Shown: one piece after another, positions 9,965-18,319 of the stretch
How positions within the stretch are numbered: position 1 is the first letter of the stretch
How the letters are laid out: each line of letters starts with the position of its first letter
DNA from: an uncultured Dehalococcoidia bacterium
GTDB taxonomy: Bacteria > Chloroflexota > Dehalococcoidia > Dehalococcoidales > UBA1222
DNA: 64,000 nt
Reading direction: 5' to 3'
Assembly: GCA_903844845.1 (NCBI GenBank)
Contig: CAIMVG010000009.1
Coordinates: 8,204 to 72,203 of the forward strand
The notes under the pieces: model-generated
Databases searched by the model: none
The model's input: only the letters and a program-made list of their open reading frames with translations
Told to the model about the DNA's origin: nothing
Program-made: the position numbers and the translations under genes

Positions 9965-10846
9965 TTACCAGCCCCGGCTGGCCCCGCCGCCCCCGGAAGA
10001 ACCTCCGCTGAACCCGCCGAAACTACCGCCTCCGCCGCTGAAGCCTCCTCCTGAAGAGAACCACCCGGTCCCCATGCCCTTTCCTGCCCTCTCTTTGTAG
10101 TTGCGGGAGAGTATGAAATCAAGCAGGGCCCCCAGCCCGCCGCAAGCGCCGGCCAGCAGCAGGGTGGACCCCGGGTTTCCCATTGTTAGACCGAGGATCG
10201 TCCCCACGACAACCCCCCAGATTCCGCCCAGCCAGATACTTTTGCTCCTGGCCATAAAACCCATGAGATATATGGTGATAATACCCAGCCAGGTCAGCAA
10301 AGGCATATTATCGCCGAGAGCGCTCCGTACGGGGTTGTCTTCCAGCGGCCCGGGGGGAGTGCCGGCGCGGATGTATTCTTCGATCGCGGCAGCGCCCTGC
10401 AATATACCGGTACTGTAGTCCCCGTTCTTGAACTCCGGGATCACCTTTTCATCGAGTATGCGCCCGGCGCGGGCATCGGTGATGATGGGTTCAAGCCCAT
10501 AGCCTACCTCGATGCGCGCTTTATGCTCGGCCAAAGAAACAATGAATAGCACGCCGTTGTCCTGGTCCTTTTTACCGATGCCCCAGGCTTCGAAAAGCTG
10601 GGAAGCATAATCCTCGATGGTGGTGCCGCCCAAATCCGAAACTGTGACGACGGCCACCTCGGCGGAGGTTTCTTTCTCCAGCGTCGACAGCCTGTCTTCC
10701 AGAGCAGCCCTGTCCGCGGGCGCGATGAGGCCCGCAAAGTCGCTGACAAATCCCTGCGCCTTGGGGAAAGTTATCGCCGAAACAGGCCAGGCAGGCAACA
10801 GGACAAGCACAAGGACAAGGAAGACCGCGGATAGAGAACGTTTCAT
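9965..10846 (-). CDS. TPM domain membrane protein (YgcG-like)
   Basis: VSDFAG, WGIGKKDQDNGVL, IEVGYGLE, Gly-rich tail GGSSGGGGASRGW. Confidence 0.9.
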   Translation of the reverse strand: MKRSLSAVFLVLVLVLLPAWPVSAITFPKAQGFVSDFAGLIAPADRAALEDRLSTLEKETSAEVAVVTVSDLGGTTIEDYASQLFEAWGIGKKDQDNGVLFIVSLAEHKARIEVGYGLEPIITDARAGRILDEKVIPEFKNGDYSTGILQGAAAIEEYIRAGTPPGPLEDNPVRSALGDNMPLLTWLGIITIYLMGFMARSKSIWLGGIWGVVVGTILGLTMGNPGSTLLLAGACGGLGALLDFILSRNYKERAGKGMGTGWFSSGGGFSGGGGSFGGFSGGSSGGGGASRGW

Positions 10847-11415
10847 TAAAATTCCACAACAGGGGGCGTGTCGGCTCCTGAGACGCTGGTAAAGTAATCA
10901 CGTTCTTCAAAATTGAACATGCCTGCGAGGATGTTCGAGGGGAAGCTTTTTACCGCCGAGTTATATTCGCGGACAGTGTCGTTGTAACGTTTGCGTTCCA
11001 CGCTGATGCGGTTCTCGGTACCGGCGAGTTCATCCATCAACCCGATCATGACTTTGTCGGATTTTATCTCAGGGTTGTTTTCCACGATAACTATGAGTTT
11101 ACCCAGGGCTGTTTCCAGGTCCCCGGCTGCGACGGCCTTTTCATTGGTCGTCTGGGCAGCGCCGTAGCTGGCGCGCGCCTGGGTTATCTCGCTGAATATG
11201 GTTTGTTCCTGTGTTAGATAACCTTTGGCGGTGTTGACAAGGTTCGGGATGAGATCATAACGGCGCTGGTATTGAGTTTCAACCTGCGCCCATTGCGAGT
11301 CAACCGCCTGGGATTTTTTGACCAGACCGTTGTAACTTCCGGCGATCCCCAAGACTATCGCCAGCACTATCACCAGAACTACTCCGATGGCGATCAAACA
11401 GCTGAAACGTTTCAT
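10846..11415 (-). CDS. lemA: LemA family protein
   Basis: YNGLV..W.QVETQYQRRYDLIPNLV, LAGTENRISVERKRYN, FPSNILAGMF. Confidence 0.93.
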   Translation of the reverse strand: MKRFSCLIAIGVVLVIVLAIVLGIAGSYNGLVKKSQAVDSQWAQVETQYQRRYDLIPNLVNTAKGYLTQEQTIFSEITQARASYGAAQTTNEKAVAAGDLETALGKLIVIVENNPEIKSDKVMIGLMDELAGTENRISVERKRYNDTVREYNSAVKSFPSNILAGMFNFEERDYFTSVSGADTPPVVEF

Positions 11416-11479
11416 ATTCCCTCCTGTGCCTTATGCGTGGTTACAAGGTTATTATATACGGCAGGAACGAACAAGGGAA

Positions 11480-11940
11480 TCCCGAATCGCCGCCCGGGAT
11501 GTAGGGGCAGGGTACGAGATTGCCGCGTCGCTGCGCTCCTCGCAATGACAGCGAGCGAGAGATCGATCAAATCCATTGCTTTTACGTGCACACCGCACTC
11601 CAAAGTGATGGAGCTGGATGCCGGAGGCCCCTCCGGCATGACACATTTTCTTCGGCCCGTCATTGTCGGGCTTGCCCCGGCAATCCAGATACAACGAACG
11701 AGACTCTGGATCCCGGGTCGCCGCCCGGGATGACCCCACCCCACACCACCGGTTGTTCCGCCTAGTCGGATCGGACTCGCCTCGGGGAACCTTCCGAGGT
11801 CCGGCTATCGCGCCGGGATGACACACGTGGGGGGCACCCGAGGGATATTTAGTATTGTCTCGCTGCGCTCGATCCGCCTAGGCGGACAGTTGAAGTGGAT
11901 CCCGGATACTCGGTTCCGGGATGACAGGGGGGAGTAGGGG
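11480..11940. repeat. Composite REP-like repeat cluster
   Basis: Same modules as 3550-4400 and 6240-6890; TCCGCCTAGGCGGA 11873, variant 11757. Confidence 0.85.
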
Positions 11941-11943
11941 GAC

Positions 11944-11972
11944 TTGACAATAGAACAAATGTTCTTTATATT
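11944..11972 (+). promoter_or_regulatory. Sigma70 promoter with a LexA (SOS) box in the spacer
   Basis: TTGACA 11944-49, 17 nt, TATATT 11967-72; AGAAC-AAAT-GTTCT at 11952-11965 matches the GAAC-N4-GTTC Gram-positive/Chloroflexi LexA box. Confidence 0.85.
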
Positions 11973-12003
11973 TAGAGGGACTGGTAAGCAAAGGAGCAAT
12001 AAA

Positions 12004-12258
12004 ATGGTTATCGATTACAAATCAGGACAAAAATCCGCCGCCGGGACCGGCGAAACCCTCCAGCCCATCGACGTGCACGAAACACGCTTCGGTTTCCCGC
12101 TGAAGATGAATAATCAGACGATCAATCTTATCAAGGACGCATGGAAGCCAAAGCAATTCCTGCGAAATTACTGGTGTGTCGTCCTGGAATCCGGGCAGGC
12201 TTTCGTGATATACAAAGATATCCTCGAGAACAAGTGGTACCGGCAAGGGTATGCCTGA
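12004..12258 (+). CDS. Small protein resembling the ImuB C-terminal domain/DUF6504, paralog 1
   Basis: AAGGAG RBS then ATG 12004; RNYWCVVLESGQAFVIYKDILENKWYRQ. Confidence 0.65.
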   Translation: MVIDYKSGQKSAAGTGETLQPIDVHETRFGFPLKMNNQTINLIKDAWKPKQFLRNYWCVVLESGQAFVIYKDILENKWYRQGYA

Positions 12259-12274
12259 ATGAAAAGCGGCATAT

Positions 12275-12550
12275 ATGGACCAGTATCCCGCTAAGATATT
12301 CAAACCGGTCGCCTTCAAACCCCTCAACGTTCCTGTGCCCATCTCCGTCAAGGAAAACCAATCCGGCTGCCCGTTATACGTGATCGGCCAGAAGGTCGCT
12401 TCCATCGAGGATTGCTGGCGCATCGACGACGAGTGGTGGCGGCCGGTACGCATAGAAAGGATGTACTGGTCGGTGATGCTGGAGTCCGGGCAGGGGATGA
12501 CAATATTCAGGGACGGGGTCGAGAACAAGTGGTACAAGCAGAGGTATTAG
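12275..12550 (+). CDS. Small protein resembling the ImuB C-terminal domain/DUF6504, paralog 2
   Basis: KPLNVPVPISV...IEDCWRIDDEWWR...RMYWSVMLESG...IFRD...WYKQRY. Confidence 0.75.
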   Translation: MDQYPAKIFKPVAFKPLNVPVPISVKENQSGCPLYVIGQKVASIEDCWRIDDEWWRPVRIERMYWSVMLESGQGMTIFRDGVENKWYKQRY

Positions 12551-12646
12551 CGAACGGATTTCAGCGCCTGTTTATAACTTAACCGCGGTTGATGCGTTAT
12601 TATGATAGAGACCAATCGAGGTTGGTTCCGTTCAGGAGCTTTAATC

Positions 12647-13579
12647 ATGCCGAATGTAAATATCAAAATACTGCTTGCCCTTGCCATGGCATCTATCATA
12701 CTTCCGGCCGCCTGCTCATCAGTTGCGACAACGTCAACATCCACAATAACAACCACCGTCATCCCTCCCGTAACAACAACCACGGCCGCGGCTTATACCG
12801 TGCCTGACCTGGAATACCGCCTTTTTGCGCAGTTCGACGTATTCTGGTGCGACCCTGATTTTTACCCGGTAGCACGGCCCGGGGCCGAATCGGGAAATGC
12901 CGTCGCCCAATTTCCCGCTATCCAGGCCAACACGGACGAATTTGATGCGATCCTGAAGTATCTCAGCTTGGAGAATAAAACAAGTTATTCCGATGATGAA
13001 AAACTGCTGGTCTACCGCCAGCATAAAAAACTGGCATACGGGGCGCAGATAACACCGTCGGGGAATGTTTACAGCTTCAGCCTGCGGACAGGCGAAGGAC
13101 AGGGCTGGCGTTACGAGGGAACCATCACGCCGGCAGGGGTCATCTCCGTTACATCGAAAGTGGCGAGTTTCAATACCTGCCCCATCTGCCTTACGAAAGG
13201 CACCCTGATCGATACGCCTTCCGGGGCGGTCCCTGTAGAACAGCTGCGCCGGGGGATGACTGTTTGGACGGTGGACCCCACGGGCAGCCGTGTAGCCGTG
13301 CCGATAATATCAACGGCGGCAACACCGGTGCCTTCGCCGTTCATGGTGGTACAAATAACACTTGCAGACGGGCGCACGGTCAGCGTTTCACCAGGGCACC
13401 CTTCCGCTGCGAAAACAGCCCTCGGTGATTACAAGGTTGGGGATATCCTGGATGGATCACCTGTCGCGGCCGCAGTACGCGTCGCATATTCCGAAGGGGC
13501 GACTTACGACATCCTGCCGGGCGGGGGAACCGGCCTTTACTGGGCCAACGGCATCTTGCTGCTCAGCACGCTGGCATAA
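12647..13579 (+). CDS. Lipoprotein with C-terminal Hint (Hedgehog/BIL-type) domain
   Basis: AGGAG RBS; lipobox LPAAC; Thr-rich linker; Hint block A CLTKGTLIDTPSGAVPVEQLRRG from 13187, block B SPGHP, block F TYDIL...YWANGIL. Confidence 0.85.
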   Translation: MPNVNIKILLALAMASIILPAACSSVATTSTSTITTTVIPPVTTTTAAAYTVPDLEYRLFAQFDVFWCDPDFYPVARPGAESGNAVAQFPAIQANTDEFDAILKYLSLENKTSYSDDEKLLVYRQHKKLAYGAQITPSGNVYSFSLRTGEGQGWRYEGTITPAGVISVTSKVASFNTCPICLTKGTLIDTPSGAVPVEQLRRGMTVWTVDPTGSRVAVPIISTAATPVPSPFMVVQITLADGRTVSVSPGHPSAAKTALGDYKVGDILDGSPVAAAVRVAYSEGATYDILPGGGTGLYWANGILLLSTLA

Positions 13580-13616
13580 AGCCAAATGAAATACGCGGGC
13601 GCGAGGCCCGTTGACA

Positions 13617-13680
13617 CCGGATCCCCGCCTGCGCGGGGATGACAATAATAGGTCATCCCGGGCCGCGACCCGGGATCCAG
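13617..13680. repeat. Inverted pair of REP-like hairpins between convergent genes
   Basis: ggatccccgcctgcgcggggatgac followed by gtcatcccgggccgcgacccgggatcca. Confidence 0.75.
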
Positions 13681-13704
13681 AACATAACGAAGCGCACCCA
13701 CCGG

Positions 13705-14970
13705 TTAGCCCGTCTTCTTGTTGTAGCGCCGGTCGGCAAAGTACCCGAAGGAAGCGGCCGCCAGGCACACGGCGCCCCCGGCCAGTATGGGCGCCCGTCC
13801 TCCGAGCGTATCTGCCATCCAGCCCAGGACGGGCCCGCCGATAACCGCCGTGCCGTTCATAACCACCGTTTGCAGGGCCAGCACGCGCCCGCACATCTCG
13901 GGCTTGCCCTCGAGCTGAACGATGGAGGTGGAGGCGGTCAGGAATATGATGGCCGAGGCCCCCACGAAAAATACCGCCGCAACAGATAAGGCCACACCCG
14001 GCATGAGCGCCAGTATGATCATGAACACGCCCATAGCGAAGGCGCTGGAGATGATGTGCCGCAGCTGCACCATCCTCCGCCGCGCTACTACCAGACCGCT
14101 GACCACAGCTCCCAGGCCGAAAGTCGAGTACAGGAGGGTGAATACGCTATCAGAACGGTGCAGGGACCTGGTGACGAAAAGGGGCAACGTCGTGATGAAG
14201 TTGTATGAAAGCAGGAAGATGGCGGTCAGCATAACCAGGCTTATCCACAGCGAAGGCATGGATGCAACATAACGCACCCCGGCGCGCACCGCGCCTTTGA
14301 CATGGGGCAGGCGGGCGTGCCTGAGGAGTTCTTCCGGGCGCATCAGGTAGATGCAGTACAGGACGGCCAGGAAGGTGGCCGCATCGATGGCGAAACACCA
14401 GCCATAACCGACCGTTATAACCAGCAGCCCCGCCAGGGCCGGGCCGAAGATGCGCGACGTATTGAAGAGAACGGAATATATCACCACGGCATTGGGCAGG
14501 TCTTCTGGCTTTACCATTTCGCTGATGAAAGCGCGCCTGAGGGGGTTGTCGAAAGCCGCCTGGACGCCACCCACCACAGCCAGGACGTACAAGGCGACCA
14601 GAGAGGGATGCGGCAGAAACGCGATGACGGCCAGCGCGACGGATATGAACATCGCCACGCTTTGCGTAAAGAGCAAAAAACGCCGTTTGTCGACACGGTC
14701 GACGATGGCGCCGCCCCAGGCCGAAAGCAGCAGCAAGGGAACGCACTGGAAAGCCGTTATCGCGCCGACGGCCACACCGCTCCCGGTGATATGAAGCACC
14801 AGCAGAACCATGGCCACGTTGGTCAGCCAGTTGCCGGTGTTGGAAACGAACTGCCCGATAAAATACAGCCTGAAGTTGCGGTTCCTGAGCGAGATGAAGG
14901 TCTGTCCCACTATGCGGCGCAGGCGTCCCTCAGGGGCAGCGGGGGAGCCGGTTCGGGTATCGTTTTCCAT
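13705..14970 (-). CDS. MFS transporter (MFS_3/EntS-like)
   Basis: SLRNRNFRLYFIGQ, GGAIVDRVDKRR motif A, about 12 hydrophobic segments. Confidence 0.88.
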   Translation of the reverse strand: MENDTRTGSPAAPEGRLRRIVGQTFISLRNRNFRLYFIGQFVSNTGNWLTNVAMVLLVLHITGSGVAVGAITAFQCVPLLLLSAWGGAIVDRVDKRRFLLFTQSVAMFISVALAVIAFLPHPSLVALYVLAVVGGVQAAFDNPLRRAFISEMVKPEDLPNAVVIYSVLFNTSRIFGPALAGLLVITVGYGWCFAIDAATFLAVLYCIYLMRPEELLRHARLPHVKGAVRAGVRYVASMPSLWISLVMLTAIFLLSYNFITTLPLFVTRSLHRSDSVFTLLYSTFGLGAVVSGLVVARRRMVQLRHIISSAFAMGVFMIILALMPGVALSVAAVFFVGASAIIFLTASTSIVQLEGKPEMCGRVLALQTVVMNGTAVIGGPVLGWMADTLGGRAPILAGGAVCLAAASFGYFADRRYNKKTG

Positions 14971-15085
14971 CAAATCCTATTCTAGCCGGGCTTTGGAGGG
15001 CCCGTGAACAACAAAGGTTGATTATACGCCTACATCAAAGATGCCGCAATTTACCCGCCTGTGAGTCTGCCTGTCGATCATATAT

Positions 15086-15114
15086 AAAAAAGGGCCGGTT
15101 CAACACCGGCCCTT
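15086..15114 (-). terminator. Intrinsic terminator
   Basis: agggccggt/accggccct stem with a U-tract on the minus strand. Confidence 0.7.
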
Positions 15115-15133
15115 GGCATCAGAGACGAATTTA

Positions 15134-15274
15134 TCAGGCTTTCCCTATCCTGAACATCTTGGTGCCGCAAGTCTTGCAGGTTCCGCTGGTAGCGGGTTTG
15201 CCATTTTTCATGATTATCGCTTTAGGCGCTTTGATCTCTTTCTTTGCTTTGCATTTTACGCAATATCCTTCCAT
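15134..15274 (-). CDS. 46-aa basic zinc-ribbon protein (DUF5679-like); not in the ORF track
   Basis: MEGYCVKCKAKKEIKAPKAIIMKNGKPATSGTCKTCGTKMFRIGKA; strong AAGGAGGTGA RBS; followed by a terminator. Confidence 0.85.
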   Translation of the reverse strand: MEGYCVKCKAKKEIKAPKAIIMKNGKPATSGTCKTCGTKMFRIGKA

Positions 15275-15435
15275 TTGAATTCACCTCCTTTTTCCATGGA
15301 TAATATGATTTTATTGTTGATATGTCAAAATCCCTTGAAATTTCAGGCGCGGCGTTTCGTATTGCCGTGCCTCGCAGAGTATGCAATACTAACTTTTTAA
15401 AATATCCGACGTTAATCTGATGGAAGGAGCAACCC

Positions 15436-15816
15436 GTGAAAAATTATCTGATATGCCTGGTCCTGGTACTTCTCACAGCCGGAATCTTTTCCGGATGTTC
15501 AAGTAAAGATACCCCCGCGGCTTCTACGGATAAGGGACAGGTTATCCATGCCGGCGTGGGGCAGGAATTCACGATTGAACTTACCTCAAACCCGACCACC
15601 GGCTATGACTGGGAATATGCCGGTACCAGTGCGTTGATCCAGTCGATGGGGAAGAAGTACGCGGCCGCCAGCACCGGGCTGATAGGGTCCGGCGGCACCG
15701 ACACATTTACTTTCAAAGCACTAGGCGCAGGTACGGCGTCTCTTCTATTCAACTACAAACGTTCGTGGGAAACGACTGTCGCCGATCAGAAGACTTTTAC
15801 CGTCGAGGTGAAGTAG
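15436..15816 (+). CDS. Chagasin/I42 cysteine protease inhibitor lipoprotein
   Basis: Lipobox FSGC; NPTTGYDW, GSGG and YKRSWE motifs. Confidence 0.88.
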   Translation: MKNYLICLVLVLLTAGIFSGCSSKDTPAASTDKGQVIHAGVGQEFTIELTSNPTTGYDWEYAGTSALIQSMGKKYAAASTGLIGSGGTDTFTFKALGAGTASLLFNYKRSWETTVADQKTFTVEVK

Positions 15817-15865
15817 GATTTCCTGCCCGGATGCCCTGATTTGAGAGTTTCAGCAAGTCAGGGTT

Positions 15866-17572
15866 TTAAACCAGTTTGCCTTTTTGAGCTTTAAACGTCG
15901 CAATCCCGCCGGAGATGCTCCTGGCCGAGAACCCGTTGAGGCGCAGGATACGGGCCGCATAATATGACCTTTGCCCCGCCGCGCAGTAAACCAGTATCTC
16001 TTTATCTCTCGGCAGTTCATCCATCCTATTTCTAACCATAGGCAAAGGGATGTTTACCGCGCCTGCGAAATGGCCCGAGTCGAATTCAAACGGTTCGCGG
16101 ACATCCAGGATGAATGACGGTGTTATGCCGGCATCGGTCCAGTGGGCAACGGGGCTGTCGCCCCGGAGGGCATTCGCCGCGACCATGCCTGCCAGGTTTA
16201 CGGGGTCCCTGGCGGTGCCGAACTGGGGCGCGTAACACAATTCCGCTTCCTCCAGGTCAAAGACCGTAGAACCGCTCTGCATCGCCATCGCGATGACATC
16301 GATGCGTTTCTCGGTTCCCTCTTCGCCGACAGCCTGGGCCCCGAATATCCTGCCGTCTGCGGGGGAATAGAGCAGTTTCATCGCGATCTGCTTCGCCCCA
16401 GGGTAATATGTGGCGTGGTGGTACGGGTGCAGATAGACCTTTTCAAACGGGATATCTTTTCCGTTGAGCCTATGGCGCAGGAGTGTTTTTTCGCTTACTC
16501 CCGTCGATGCTACGGTGACATCGAACACTTTGCAAACCATGGTGCCCTGGACCCCCCTGAAACTCGAATCGCATCCCATGATAACGTCGGCTGCTATACG
16601 GCCCTGCCTGTTGGCCGGGCCTGCCAGCGGCAGGAGTGTCCATTCCCCGGTGACGAAATCGCGTACTTCGACGGCATCGCCGACCGCCCAGATATTTGCG
16701 TCACCGGTGCGCATGTGTTCTGTTACCCGGATGCCGCCCAGGCTCCCGATCTCCAGCCCCGCCTGTTTCGCCAGCGCAGTTTCAGGACGAACTCCGACTG
16801 CCAGAATAACCATTTGGCTTTCAAACCCGGCACCTGACTTCGTGGTCGCAACGATGGTGTTTTCAACGGAGCCGCGTTCGAATCCCGTCACACTGTCGCC
16901 GAGGTGAAGTTTAATCCCTTTGGCTACGAGGTGCTCCTGGAGGGCGGCGGCTATCTCGGGGTCCAGTGGCGGCATCACCTGGGGCAGCATTTCTATCACG
17001 GTGACGGCAATGCCCAGCCTGGCCAGGTTTTCGGCTGTTTCAAGCCCCACAAAACCGGCGCCCACGACGACCGCCCGTTTTACGTTGTTGGAAGATATCC
17101 AATTTTTCATGAGCCGGCTGTCAGGTATCGTTCTCAGGGTAAATATGCCGGGCATTTCTATACCTTTGAGCGGGGGCCTGACGGCGGACGCGCCGGGCGC
17201 CAGCACCAGCGCGTCGTAACCCTCCGCGCCGGTTTCACCGGTCAAAACGTTCCGCACCTGTATCTGGCGATTCTCCCTGTCGATGGAAAGGACTTCATTT
17301 TGTGTCCTGACATCGATGTTGAATCTCTTTTTGAAAATCTCAGGCGTAGCGACGAGGAGGCTTTTTTCGCTTGTGATAACGTCCCCCACGAAGTATGGCA
17401 AGCCGCAATTGGCAAAGGAGACGTATGGGCCCCGTTCAAATATGATGATTTCGGCATCTTCCGAAAGCCTTCGGGCCCTGGCCGCGCAGGATGCGCCGCC
17501 TGCGACTCCGCCGACTATCAAAATACGCGGTTTTTTAGGATGTTCTTTTGTGTTCAAGTCGGTGGCTGCCAT
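15866..17572 (-). CDS. CoA-disulfide reductase-rhodanese fusion (FAD-dependent oxidoreductase)
   Basis: GGVAGGASCAARARR, SFANCGLPY, GAGFVGLE, YAPQF, rhodanese YCAAGQRS. Confidence 0.9.
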   Translation of the reverse strand: MAATDLNTKEHPKKPRILIVGGVAGGASCAARARRLSEDAEIIIFERGPYVSFANCGLPYFVGDVITSEKSLLVATPEIFKKRFNIDVRTQNEVLSIDRENRQIQVRNVLTGETGAEGYDALVLAPGASAVRPPLKGIEMPGIFTLRTIPDSRLMKNWISSNNVKRAVVVGAGFVGLETAENLARLGIAVTVIEMLPQVMPPLDPEIAAALQEHLVAKGIKLHLGDSVTGFERGSVENTIVATTKSGAGFESQMVILAVGVRPETALAKQAGLEIGSLGGIRVTEHMRTGDANIWAVGDAVEVRDFVTGEWTLLPLAGPANRQGRIAADVIMGCDSSFRGVQGTMVCKVFDVTVASTGVSEKTLLRHRLNGKDIPFEKVYLHPYHHATYYPGAKQIAMKLLYSPADGRIFGAQAVGEEGTEKRIDVIAMAMQSGSTVFDLEEAELCYAPQFGTARDPVNLAGMVAANALRGDSPVAHWTDAGITPSFILDVREPFEFDSGHFAGAVNIPLPMVRNRMDELPRDKEILVYCAAGQRSYYAARILRLNGFSARSISGGIATFKAQKGKLV

Positions 17573-17662
17573 ATCTTTCTTCCTACCGTCAGGGTAAACA
17601 TCGAACGACAATCATACCATGCGGGCCGGTATGTCCCCAGCAGGCATAACAGGGCTGCGCCG

Positions 17663-17842
17663 CTATTCGTCTTTGATAGCGCCCATGGGGCAATAGCTGG
17701 TACAGGTTAAACATAGGGTGCATTTTTCCGGGTCGACTTCGGGCAACCCGTTGCCCTTCTGGGTTATGGCATCGAACGGGCAAACCCGTATGGCCGGGCA
17801 GCGATGATTCTGGGGGCAGCGTCTCGCATCGATCTTGATCAT
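17663..17842 (-). CDS. 59-aa 4Fe-4S ferredoxin; not in the ORF track
   Basis: MIKIDARRCPQNHRCPAIRVCPFDAI...KCTLCLTCTSYCPMGAIKDE (CxxCxxCxxxCP). Confidence 0.85.
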   Translation of the reverse strand: MIKIDARRCPQNHRCPAIRVCPFDAITQKGNGLPEVDPEKCTLCLTCTSYCPMGAIKDE

Positions 17843-17952
17843 GGTAATCGGTCACTTTCTTCTTACGATAATATTAATATATTAGCACTTATGCATATAA
17901 CCGGACAACTTAAAAACAGGCAGGAAATCCGTCCTCTACTGAAACGGGATAC

Positions 17953-18001
17953 GTAACAATTACGAAACATGAATTTAATGTGCTGTAAACACAGCGGTAA
18001 C
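17953..18001 (+). promoter_or_regulatory. Array of GlnR/OmpR-type direct-repeat boxes upstream of the amt operon
   Basis: GTAAC(17953)-N6-GAAAC(17964)-N6-TTAAT-N6-TAAAC-N6-GTAAC(17997); strict 11-bp period. Confidence 0.65.
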
Positions 18002-18062
18002 CCTGCCGACATATCTCCATGAGAGAATTTGTTTCATCAATTCAAGAAAGGAGGATATCCAA

Positions 18063-18248
18063 ATGGCAGTCAAGGAAGCTACCCGTCACATCCTTTGCAA
18101 GGACGCCGGCTACCAGTGCGAAGCCTGCTTCAAGGGCAAGAACGACGACAGGCTGGTCATCAAAGCCGTAGAACACATGGCCCAGTATCACGGGGCGTCC
18201 CTGTCTCCCGAACTGGCAGCCCAGGTTCGCCGGTCGATCAAAACCTGA
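18063..18248 (+). CDS. DUF1059-like small metal-binding protein
   Basis: CKDAGYQC...AVEHMAQYHG; AGGAGG RBS. Confidence 0.75.
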   Translation: MAVKEATRHILCKDAGYQCEACFKGKNDDRLVIKAVEHMAQYHGASLSPELAAQVRRSIKT

Positions 18249-18319
18249 GATTTAATAGTTAACCGAACACCCGGTTTTTCGGTTCCATAGTGAAGGAACC
18301 TTTCCAAAGGAGGGAAAGA

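Noticed and set aside
13187-13579. Canonical intein
   Set aside because: No terminal His-Asn, C-extein or endonuclease; treated as a BIL/Hedgehog-type Hint domain
2241-13680. Possible CRISPR array
   Set aside because: Repeats are heterogeneous, irregularly spaced and in mixed orientation, with no constant repeat-spacer period and no cas genes
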